64,000 bases of DNA from the NCBI GenBank assembly GCA_964016885.1, contig OZ024741.1:374480001-374544000 (forward strand), in the 5' to 3' direction. This DNA comes from Eledone cirrhosa. Its lineage: Eukaryota. The position numbers were made by a program, and so were the translations under genes. The notes under the pieces are model-generated. The model did no database searches. It was not told the DNA's origin and worked only from the letters and a program-made list of their open reading frames with translations. Below are positions 9,752 through 20,282 of this stretch, in pieces (positions within the stretch are counted from its first letter, which is position 1; every line of letters starts with the position of its first letter).

Positions 9752-11570
9752 GTAATTGTGGGCAATTTTTCAGTCTCTATTTCATATATCCTCTCCATCG
9801 AATTATTTTATGTTAGGTTACAACTGTGTGTATCATAATCATTGCATCCGTTTTCCATGTTTGCATGGGTTGGACATGTTTAGAATAGATACACCACATC
9901 TGTGTGTTGTAAGAAGCAACTGAAAGGAAATCTGGCTGTAAAAAAACGCCTCAAAAAGTCCCGTCCAACCCATGACAGCATGGAAAGCCAGTATGATGAT
10001 GATGCTGTTTTTATGCTTTTAACTATTGTATTGTTAAACTTACAAAATGAATTCATCATCATCGTTTTGTGTCTGCTTTCTGTGTGGTTGGGACAGGTTT
10101 CTGACATTCCAGGTCAATTCTTATTTTGAGTTACTATCCTCATACACTTCATTTGGAGGGCAGGGGTATTGTTCTGTGGTTGGATGTCAACCACTTTACA
10201 GTGTACTTGGGTACATTTTATTGTGGAACCAGCACTAGTGAAGTTGCCTTGTCCCTTGCAAGACTAAAGAGGGTGAATAGAAGAGAGAGTGAAAACAGAA
10301 GAAGAATTAAGACAGGATGAGAGGGAGATAGATAGTATGATTGCACAAAGTGTGATACAGATGAGTGAGTAGCAGATAGACAGTGATAGCAGCTACATGT
10401 TGGTTGCTGTTAAGGGTATTGCATAGTGACACCTGGGTGGTATGATAGGAGAAGAGAAAATTAGATGGGTGAGGGAGGCAGAGTAATAGAAGAGAGAGTG
10501 ATGTATGTAAACAATGGTAGGGAGGGAGGAATTAGAAAATGAGCAAGCGATGGATAGCAATAATGGTGGTAGGTAGCACTTGAAGTGATGGTAAGGCAGA
10601 GTGGTGAATCCCCATAATGAATGACTTGAGGAGGAGGAGAGGATGATGTTATGGGTTTTTGAATTGAGATAGAACTGATACCATCTCTTGTTACACAGGT
10701 AGTATTATGAGAAAGACAGAGATATTGTGCAAATTTCAGTATTTTATTCCTGCCTTAACCCCTTCGATACCAACCCACTCAAAACTACCTCTGTTTCTAT
10801 GAAACAAAACCATCTGTTCAAAAGGTTTCTATATAAATTATAATAATGGTTTCTAATTTAACCACAAAACCAACAATTTGGTGGGAGGAGAAAGTTGATT
10901 AAGTTGACCCTACATAACTGGTACTTTATTTTATCAACCTCAATAAGGAGGAAAGGCAAAGCTAATCCCAGTGGAATTTGAACTCAGAATGTAAAGGGAC
11001 ATAAAAATAGCATTTTAATTATGGTAATAGTTTTAGTAAATTCTTGCATATTCTTCATTGATTTATTAAAATGCAGTGCATTTTATCAGAAATATGTAAT
11101 GAAAAGATTCAAAGGAACAGCAGTTCAAGAAGAACATTAACACAGCTTCTGGTTAAGAAATGCTGTGTTAATTATACCTGTGTTAGAATTGAATGTTATA
11201 AGCTCTAAGCATTAAAAAACTCAAAATACTAGTGAAACATCTTGCCAAATAAAGGACTGGAAGGACTCTTCAGTTATGTCAAAGACATGACGACCTCTCT
11301 AGTGTTGGTGATCTATACAATAAATGCACTCAGTGCATTCTGTAAAGTGGTTGGTGATAGGTAGAGCATCCAGCCATAGAAAACCTGAAAAAGGATGTTA
11401 AATGATGATAATGGCTCATTTCTCTATATTTTAGTTCAACATTTCAAGTATTCTGTAGCCACTTCTCATGCTAAAAAAATGAAACTATATTTGTATTTAA
11501 CTATGTGTACTTTTGTTGTTTTATGTCCACTCTTCTAACGGAAACTTATATACTGTAAAATTATTTATAG

Positions 11571-11635
11571 GTCATAGTGATGACAAAAAACCAATATACC
11601 TCAAAGACTTATGGCCGACTCGGGAAGAAATTCAG
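11571..11635 (+). CDS. ACO1: ACO1/IRP1 exon (G-HSDDKKPIYLKDLWPTREEIQ)
   Basis: tttatag acceptor and gtgat donor. LKDxWPTRxEIQ motif. Phase 1 to 0. Confidence 0.93.
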
Positions 11636-12096
11636 GTGATTAAAACTTTGGTATTTTTTTAAATGGTGTAGGTAGATGTTATTTATAAGTACCAGGAAAT
11701 AATATTTAAACTGCTTGATACCAAACTGCCTGAAATCACCCCTGGTTCTACAATACAAAACTTTATTTTTTTAATTATTCATATTTGTTTAAAAACCTTC
11801 CATCATAATTTTGAGTAAGTTTAATGTAAAATAAAATTAGCCATATTACTAAATTCTTGGTTATTTTTGATATTATTTGAAAATTAGAGGTAGTGTCTTT
11901 CCTTTGCCATTTCACTTTCTGTTTCTTATACCTTGTGGCAAAATTGACCTTTGCAAAATGATAAACATTGTTGTTAATCTGTGGATAACAAGGAAGTTGG
12001 TTGGTTGTAAAACAATACATCTAGCCATAATATATATACCAGTATCCAGATGATGTCAATTCAATAGTAGCTTAATTCTTAACATCTTGTAATGAT

Positions 12097-12302
12097 TTAA
12101 CACTTTAGCATTTACATTACTCTATATTTACTATTATATTTTCATGGTAAAGGCTTTACCTCACATAATATTGAATCTATGAGATTTTGATATTATTTAT
12201 TTTGAGAACAATACCTTAACATCAGTATGAGTGGCCAGAGTGAACAGAAAGAGATGAGAGAATTCTGGCTGGATATGGCCAGTTTAAATGCTAAAGGGTT
12301 AA
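12097..12302. mobile_element. TTAA-flanked MITE (piggyBac-like ends)
   Basis: ttaa-cactttagcattta ... taaatgctaaaggg-ttaa. A second copy lies at 17392-17591. Confidence 0.7.
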
Positions 12303-12374
12303 CAGAAAATATCTAAAACATGGCTTTGTTAATGCAAATATTTCTCATATCTTTAATACTGCAAATCTTCATGA

Positions 12375-12522
12375 CTGTACACAACTAGAGTAAAAGCTTT
12401 AATTTTAATGGGCTGCAATATTATTGCTGTTTTATATTTTTCAAGGATATCCTTGAAAAATATAAAACAGCAATAATATTGCAGCCCATTAAAATTAAAG
12501 CTTTTACTCTAGTTGTGTACAG
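12375..12522. repeat. Perfect 148-bp palindrome (74-bp arms, no spacer)
   Basis: ctgtacacaactagag...caaggat|atccttg...ctctagttgtgtacag, centred on 12448/12449. Confidence 0.95.
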
Positions 12523-12568
12523 GACATTAAGACTTAATTTATTTAAAATCATTATTTTAAACTTTCAG

Positions 12569-12628
12569 ATTGTTGAAAAGAAACATGTAATTCCTGCAAT
12601 GTTTAAACAGGTTTATTCAAAAATAACT
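12569..12628 (+). CDS. ACO1: ACO1/IRP1 exon (IVEKKHVIPAMFKQVYSKIT)
   Basis: tttcag acceptor and gtgagt donor. 60 nt, phase 0/0. Matches the IRP1 VIPxMFKxVY segment. Confidence 0.93.
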
Positions 12629-12842
12629 GTGAGTATAGCTTTATTTTTAAATCAACATTAATTTATTTTGTTTTAATTCTTATGCCAGGAATGTCTTCAC
12701 TTTGGTACCACTGCTATTATCATCATCATTATTATGATGAGTATTGAAATAGAAAATTACGTGTCGCCGTAACATTTTGACTAAAGAAAATAGTCTTAAT
12801 AACGGAGTTTTACTGGGTTTATATGCCCCATTATTAAGATTA

Positions 12843-13081
12843 CTAGCAGAAAAATCATCCTCTGTGTGGTTTTCTGCTAACATGTGTAGTGTGCATAATG
12901 ATATTATACGCAAATATATATGCATGTAGATATGATACATCAAATGAAATCGTAATTGACAATATGCACAGAAATTGAACAAAGTCTGTTACACTCTCTT
13001 ATTCAAAGTAATTCAACTTATTTTACTAACAGGATAAAAAAATATAAAACGGATGCTGTCCTCCCTTTATTATATTATAGA
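12843..13081 (-). mobile_element. Short Helitron-like element
   Basis: A|CTAG at the left end and tttattatattatagat at the right end (TC...CTAG on the minus strand). Same end architecture as 16371-17289. Confidence 0.4.
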
Positions 13082-14088
13082 TTTGTAACTGAAGTCTTCT
13101 AATTTTCTATTTCAATTGTCAAACTTCACTCACTTTTTTCTAAGTTTATTATGATGAATATTTCTTTTTCAACATTGTTGAATGAGTTTGTTATTCAACA
13201 TTGCTCTATGTCTTAGGTTTTGTGTCATCGCATTTGTGAGACTGTTTTCTTAAATTTAATTTTACAAATACATCTTCGTTGTCATCAACTTCTGTTTATT
13301 ATTTATCTGCTATTCATCTATTCACATCTTGCACAAATGTATTTATCATAGCTTTGAGTCAACCCAAGCCTTTGAGTGAAATTTGTTTCACAGTGAGTGT
13401 GTGAATGCTTACTCATTACAGCCTGTCTTTATAATGGAGAAAAGCCACATTTGTTTAATGTAGACACCAATTTTTTAAACTTCCTCTGTCTACATTGAAC
13501 ACTAGCTATCTTGTTATCACCACTGCATTTAGTAGGTCAATCTGGACAGTCAGTTTCATTCTACTGTTGTTTATGGTGTCATTTCATCCTGTGCATCTAA
13601 TGCACCTTCAGTTTTTACTGTTCATATACTTTACTGTTATTCTCTTCGACTTATTAATGTTTTTGATACCACAACAAAAAATGCCCTGTCCACACTGAAA
13701 GTGGTTGTTTTGGTCTATGATAAAAAGCAGCCAGTTTACACTGTAAATGTGGTTAGCATTAGGAAGGGCATCTAGCTGTAGAAACCAAGACAAAAACAGT
13801 TCTATATGAGCAAGACACGGTTATCTGATCTGACTTGTCTCACTACGGCACAACTTGTCTAACCCATGCTAGCATGGAAAAATGGACATTAAACAGTGGT
13901 GATGATGAAAGATTGTAAAGATTTCATATACTTTCTTTAAAAAATATTGTATTACTATTTCTTCTTATATTTGTATGTGCTAATGGTTTTTAAACCTTAT
14001 ATAAAAGCTGTGTAATATTTGTAAATCTGTTAAATTTATTATATATTAAAACCAATCTTAAAACATACATTTTGATCTTCATTTCCAG

Positions 14089-14193
14089 ACTGGTAATGAA
14101 CGCTGGAATAAACTCAATACACCTGATGATTTGTTGTACCCTTGGGATCCAAAGTCATCGTACATTAAATCCCCTCCATTTTTTGATAATATG
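14089..14193 (+). CDS. ACO1: ACO1/IRP1 exon ([35 protein letters not shown])
   Basis: tttccag acceptor and gtatgt donor. 105 nt. YIKSPPFF motif. Confidence 0.95.
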
Positions 14194-15003
14194 GTATGTT
14201 ATATTTTCTTTGATATATTGAATTTACAGAATTACCCAATGGTAGATTTGTTTGCAATTTTTGAGGAAATTAATTATGTTCATAAGCTGAACAGAATTGA
14301 GCTTCCTATTATGCATTATAACTTTACTTAGTATAAATTAATTGTTCTTTTATATTAAAGTCTGGACATTCTCTCATATATCGCCCTTTCCTTTATAATA
14401 GCAATAGCTATACTGTTAACCCTTTGACACCAACCCATCCAAAACTAACCATGGCTTTGTGAAACAAAACCACCCACTTTAAAGGGTTCCTATTTAAATT
14501 AAAATCTTCCAACATACTTTTATAAAAGAACCATATGTTAAGTTACTATCTTAATAATTACATAATTAATGGTTTTAGTAAAAAAAGGCAAAGAGTAAAG
14601 ATGCCCTTTGGTCATGAATGACCATGTGATTTGCACCTAGAAAGTTCCCCTCCAAGGCACAAGTCTGGGCAAGGTTGTTTGTGAAAAACCAGCAGTTCCC
14701 CATGCATACTGGCCTCCCCTCCACACCACCAATGTTGTCCAAGGGTAAGGCAATGGCCAATGCATCTTGGTACCAGTGACATTGCAACTCATTTCTACAG
14801 CTGAATAAACATTGAACAATGTGAAATAAAGTGTTTTGTTCAAGGACAATGCATCACCTAGTCCAGAAATCAAACTCACAACCTCACAGTTGAGCCCAAT
14901 GCTCTACCACTAAGCTATGCACCATCACATACAAAGGATTTTAGTAAATCCCTCAAAATTCTTTGTTAATAAATTTAAATATGGTAAATAAATATTAATG
15001 ATA

Positions 15004-15350
15004 CTAGAAATAGAAGCAGTAATTATAAGAGAGGCTTTTATTATTTTGAATATTAAATGTTGCTTATAGAGAGTGCTTATACCTTTAGTTACTTAATAAA
15101 GAATAGAAATATAATAGAAACTTCGCCATAATATAGTCTAATATGTGTATTTGTCCGTCACACACTAGAGATGACTGAGGAAGGAAGGGGTGTCTAATAC
15201 ACACACATCTATGTGATGACTGAGGAAGGAGGGGGTGAGAAACTATAGAAGTCCAGCATTCTAAGATTCATCACAGCTGTGTGTTTGTATGTTTGTAGCG
15301 TGAAGGAACCAACCAACAAACAAACATCTTTTTTTTATATTATGTATAGA
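15004..15350 (-). mobile_element. Short Helitron-like element
   Basis: A|CTAG left end, and (AACC/AAAC)n followed by ttttatattatgtatagat at the right end. Confidence 0.4.
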
Positions 15351-15393
15351 TATTACAATTAGCCATCATTTTTGATGGTACAGGGCCAGCTAG

Positions 15394-15505
15394 TAGTCTA
15401 ATAATGGGGCATATGAACCCACTGAATGGAAAAAGATGGGTATCAGCTCAAGCTGATACTCATCTTTTTCTGTTCAGTTGGTTTATATGCCCCATTATTA
15501 GACTA
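15394..15505. repeat. 112-bp near-perfect foldback (hairpin MITE-like)
   Basis: tagtctaataatggggcatat...tatcagct-ca-agctgata...atatgccccattattagacta. A related terminal fragment lies at 12791-12842. Confidence 0.85.
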
Positions 15506-16050
15506 TATTATAGTATCAAAAATATTACAGCAAAGCTTCTATTTCAATAAAAAAAACTTTGCCCACCGTGTTCGTTAATTAATAAAAGTTTAAATAAAAT
15601 ATAAATAACCAATTATTAAAATTTCATTTTCAATGTATAATTTGTGATCAAGTTTATAGTGGGAGAGAGGGCTGATGAAATATATTCTCTAAAAAGAGGC
15701 AGTATTTAACAGCATTTGTGAGCCCATGCTTTAAATCAATGAAGATATTTTGTTTGATTTTTAAATTATTGGATTTTTAAACAGTTATACTTATGCAAGG
15801 TGAAAACATGTGGCCTAGTGTTTATGGTGCAAGACTTTTGATCATAATGTTATGGGTTTAATTCTTTGACTGGGTTGTGTGTCATGTTCTTGAACAGAAC
15901 ACTTCATTTCATGTTGCTCCTGTACCTTGCTATAGACTGGCATCATGTCTTGTACACCTAGTTGCGAAATGCTGATGAAACTATGAAACCAAAAATACAC
16001 ATGTAAGATTATATTTTATCAGTCTTTTTTTTTTTTCTTTTTTTTTTCAG

Positions 16051-16193
16051 ACTAAAGAACTACCTGTTATTGAATCCATTAAAAATGCTTATGTTCTTAT
16101 GAATTTTGGAGACTCTGTTACTACAGACCATATATCTCCAGCTGGTAGTATTGCTAGAAATTCACCTGCTGCTCGATACTTGGCTTCATTAAA
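16051..16193 (+). CDS. ACO1: ACO1/IRP1 exon ([47 protein letters not shown])
   Basis: Long polypyrimidine tract plus cag acceptor, gtaagt donor. [12 protein letters not shown] motif. Ends in phase 2. Confidence 0.96.
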
Positions 16194-16370
16194 GTAAGTA
16201 TCACATACATATCTATAGCTTTCATTTTGTTTTTGTCTAATTTTAAAGACAATACTTTTGTTCTATTTTATATTTGTAAATATTAGTCTAACCCATGCTA
16301 GCGTTGAAGATGGACGTTAAATGATGATGATGATTGGATATTCATTAATATATCACTGTTTTATTACCCA

Positions 16371-17289
16371 CTAGCAGTAAAGCCCGGGGTCGCTCAGTAG
16401 CTGTGTTAAAGTTACAATGTTAAGTTTCTTTTTTGGCTTAAAAACTGTAGTGTCTACTGTGCAGACTTGCATGTGGTGTTTTTGATTAATATTCCCTCAA
16501 CCAACAATATGCCTTATGAAGTTAAGAAAACATAACGATAACCCGAATGTTATAACAAAAGAGGAAATATTTGCTTGTTTTACGTAGTCTTTAAATAGAC
16601 TTGTTTTCAAGTAAAAATATTGTTTTAAAAGGCTTTTAAATGGAAATGAAGCAAAACGGAAGCTTAGTGTTCGAACTGATGAATTTTGCAGGTCAAAATT
16701 TTGCTGGCTCGACAACTGTTCGTGTATTGTGTTAATGTCATTTTAAACGCTGAGAAAGCCAGCGTAATTTTTTTAATTTTTGCACGCAGAAAATGTAAAC
16801 AGAACGTAAGACGCTCAATGTAAACAGAACAAAGGGAAATAACTCGTCACTTATGCTCAAAAATCGATACATTAGATTCGATTTCGTCACATAGGGTGGG
16901 TCAATTTGAAATATTTTTTTTTCCGATGTCTTCGCTAGGGCTCAATGTACAAGTATAGCAATTTCGGTGCAATTCCGTCAGAGATTCTAAGAGGAGATGT
17001 GTGCCGAAGGTTTTAGTAGACAGACAGACAACCTCAGTTTTATATATATAGATAAGAGGAGATGTGTGCCGAAGGTTTTAGTAGACAGACAGGCAACCTC
17101 AGTTTTATATATATAGATGACATAATCAAAAACAAGAACTTATTTGAAAATTTATTTGACCGATGGTTCCGCCGGACCTTCATCTATAAGTGTAGCAATT
17201 TCACCGAAATTTGAACGTACGGTTTAAGAGGAGATGTGTGCCGAAGGTTTTAGTAGACAGACAGACAACCTCAGTTTTATATATATAGA
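16371..17289 (-). mobile_element. Non-autonomous Helitron-like element with a triplicated 5'-terminal module
   Basis: Minus strand runs A|TCTATATATATAAAA ... GC-rich subterminal segment ... CTAG|T. A ~66-bp module containing (GACA)n occurs at about 16988, 17054 and 17224. Confidence 0.7.
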
Positions 17290-17391
17290 TTATGCTGCCT
17301 TTGACAAAATTAAGCTATTTTATTAAATCTTTTGAAATTATTTGAAAATCATAGGCAATGGTGTTTCATTAGAAATATGATAATGAAAGGT

Positions 17392-17591
17392 TTAACGCTT
17401 TAGCATTTACATTACTCTATATTTACTATAATATTTTCACGGTAAAGGCTTTACCTTACATAATTTCACATAATATCAAATCTATGAGATTTTGAGAACA
17501 ACATCAGTATGTGTGGCTGGTTACAGTCGGTTTGAACAGAAAGATAGAGAATTCTGGTTGAGTATGGCCAGTTTAAATGCTAAAGGGTTAA
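17392..17591. mobile_element. TTAA-flanked MITE (piggyBac-like ends), second copy
   Basis: Homologous to 12097-12302, with the same termini. Confidence 0.7.
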
Positions 17592-17592
17592 A

Positions 17593-17793
17593 TATGAAGG
17601 TCAGCTGAAAAGTTCATAAGCTGACCAAGATACTCTCATGGAATGACCAAATGAGGTTTATTTTTCCACATAGTCATCCAGAAAGAAACAATGCAGTTAT
17701 TAATAAAGAGTTGAAATTAATGCATTCAAGATTTCACAGCTCTAGCACCACTCCTTCGTAGTCAGCCTATGAACTTTTCAGCCGATCCTCATG
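17593..17793. mobile_element. Mariner-type MITE
   Basis: TIRs tatgaaggtcagctgaaaagttcataagctgac / gtcagcctatgaacttttcagccgatcctcat. An inverted copy lies at 31259-31462. Confidence 0.75.
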
Positions 17794-18344
17794 TTATGTT
17801 TGTATAGTTGAATGACTGAATATTTTATATAACTTGGAATGGTTGATTTTTGTTGCATGATTGGGAAAATATATTTTTGATTGTAACGTTATTGCTGTTG
17901 CTAATAGTTCTAATAGTTTCCTGTTAAAGCAGGGATGAATTTGTGGGTCCCATGACAAGCTTTTCAGTTATGCCCTATTCTTTGCTCCCTACCTCACCAA
18001 TCCCCTGGTTTCCATTTCTACCTTCTTCATCTTTAGCTATATTCTTCTTGGTCTTTCCCTTCCTTTACATGCTAATGAGGAGGGGAGTATTATTAAAACT
18101 GAAAGGAAATGTGTATGCTTATGCTGCATGTGTGAGAAGTGACATGATTTATAGATGTGGGACATGGAGCAGTAGAGAAGGCTGGAAATAAATTAAGAAA
18201 AAGATGTATGCTACATGTGTGAGAAGGGCTATGATTTATGAATGTGGGACATTGAGGGTGTAGATGGAGTATTGTTCAGAGAGAGGAAGACAAACAATGA
18301 ATTGCAAAGGATGATGGGAATAGAGCCAGTGATGAATATTGTGA

Positions 18345-18635
18345 AGACGGGTTGTCCTGTTGTGGGCAGTGTCTGGTCGGCTGACAATGCCTTGCTCATA
18401 CAGGAACTGATTTTGGCTTGATTTCTACAGCTGGATGCCCTTCCTAACACCAACCTCATTTACAGTGAGTGCTGGGTGCTTTTTCCGTGGCGCCTACACG
18501 TCCACTTTACAGTGTGGGCTGGGTGCTTTTTTTGCCGTGGTGCCTCCACGACCACCTTGCAGTGGGAGGGTGTGGGGGCATATTGTCTATATGCTTCAGC
18601 TTGTACCCATGGGAGGTCGGGTACTCTGTATTACT
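18345..18635 (-). mobile_element. RTE 3' UTR fragment
   Basis: Nearly identical to 48228-48520, the 3' UTR of the RTE at 48168-50910. Confidence 0.8.
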
Positions 18636-19194
18636 CTCTCTCTCTCTCTCTCTCTCTCTATTTATCTCTAAGCCAACTATTACCTCTCTTTCCCTCTTCA
18701 CCCATTCCTTCCTCACTCATCTTGAAGTTATTGAAGAAATAAGGCACGCTCTACTCTGAAAGCTAAAATGAATCACTAGTGCTGCTTAGCCACGTTCCAG
18801 CCATACAAATCTTTCAGGTATCCCTATTTCCCCAATTGCAAATGTCCTGCTCGCAACTATTGCTGAGAAATAAAGAATTAGATGATTGGGTCATATATTG
18901 AAGGATAAAAATGGTTGGGTAAGATTAATGGTGAAAATGAATGTGGAAGGAAGCAGAGGAAATGGAAAACCAAGGAAAACATGACTAAAAATGATAGAAG
19001 AGGAAATGAAGGCCAGAGGGTTGTTGAGGGGATATGCCGATAATAGGGCAAAATGGAGAAACTTGTCATTGGGCCCTCAATGCTAATCTCTTCTTGAGCA
19101 GTAAAAATGGCTTTAAAACTTTTGAGTTGTTTATGGAGTTTCTGTTTTATTTATTAAAGCTTTGTGTTAATAAAGATTCATATTTCTTTTCTAG

Positions 19195-19342
19195 CCTGAA
19201 ACCTCGAGAATTTAACTCTTATGGTTCTCGTAGAGGTAATGATGCTGTCATGGCTCGTGGTACGTTTGCAAACATAAGACTTGTTAATAAATTTATGTCT
19301 AGATCAGGACCTAAAACACTACACATACCAAGTGGAGCTTCA
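19195..19342 (+). CDS. ACO1: ACO1/IRP1 exon ([33 protein letters not shown]...HIPSGAS)
   Basis: ttttctag acceptor and gtgagt donor. [23 protein letters not shown] motif. Phase 2 to 0. Confidence 0.97.
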
Positions 19343-19719
19343 GTGAGTGACTGTTTTTCTATCCAGATTTTTAATATTTTTGTTTGGAATTATATTGATT
19401 TCTAATCTCAGCACAAGGTCAACAAATTTGGAAGAAGGGCAAAATTGATTAAGTCAACCACAATACTTGACTGGTACTTTATTTTATCATTGATGAAAGA
19501 CAAAGTTGACCTCGGTGAGATTTGAACTTAGAATATATTGTTTCTAACAGGAACGAGACCAGCAATTTTGGGGGAAGAGAAAGTCGGTTAAATCAACCCA
19601 AGCACTTCAACTGGTACTTTATTTTATCAACCTCAAAAGGATGAAAGGCAAAGTTGACCTTGGCAGCGTTTGAATATAAAGAGATGAAATTATTGTCAAG
19701 CAATTTATCTGATAAATAA

Positions 19720-20065
19720 TAATGAAACATTGTGTACAGTGCTCAGGTGCACTACAACTCATCAAAAAGTGTATGTATAGTACATAGGGTAATGTACAAA
19801 CGTCAGGAAAATGAACAGTGCATGAGTCATGATATACACATGTGTATGGAAGGGGTACATCAGGTGTAGTTTTGGCGTATTTCGGGAAGCATGAGTGTTT
19901 TAAAGAATGCAGTGTCTTGGCAGCTAACAACTGATGCAGGTATTTTGTTCCATGCTTCAGCAACTCTGAGCGTGAAAAAATGTTTACGAAAGTCATGGGA
20001 GCTGTGCTGTTTTCTGATTTTGTGGGCATGTCCACGTGTGTTAGACACATGGAGATCAAATGACC
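19720..20065 (-). mobile_element. CR1-group LINE 3' remnant
   Basis: Translation NTRGHAHKIRKQHSSHDFRKHFFTLRVAEAWNKIPASVV...FK matches the typical CR1 ORF2 C-terminal pattern (TRGH...FFxxRV...WNxLP..VV). Confidence 0.75.
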
Positions 20066-20282
20066 TTTTGTTTGAAATAATGTAAAAATTAGAGGTCTAA
20101 TTAGTTGAAATAGAGTATGGCGTTTATATTTACTAATGTTTGATGCATGTATACCAGAGGTTCTCAAAGTAGGCGCAACCCCAAGGGGAAGGGGGGAATT
20201 GCAAAGGTCCAGGGGGCACTGTGGCCAAAGGGGTCAGTAGAGATGATATAATAGTATATTAAATATCAAATGATACATATGT

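Noticed and set aside
15672-15990. CTGATGAAA motifs at ~15672 and ~15972
   Set aside because: No convincing closing stem II plus GAAA/NUH/stem I arrangement. These are chance matches in AT-rich DNA.
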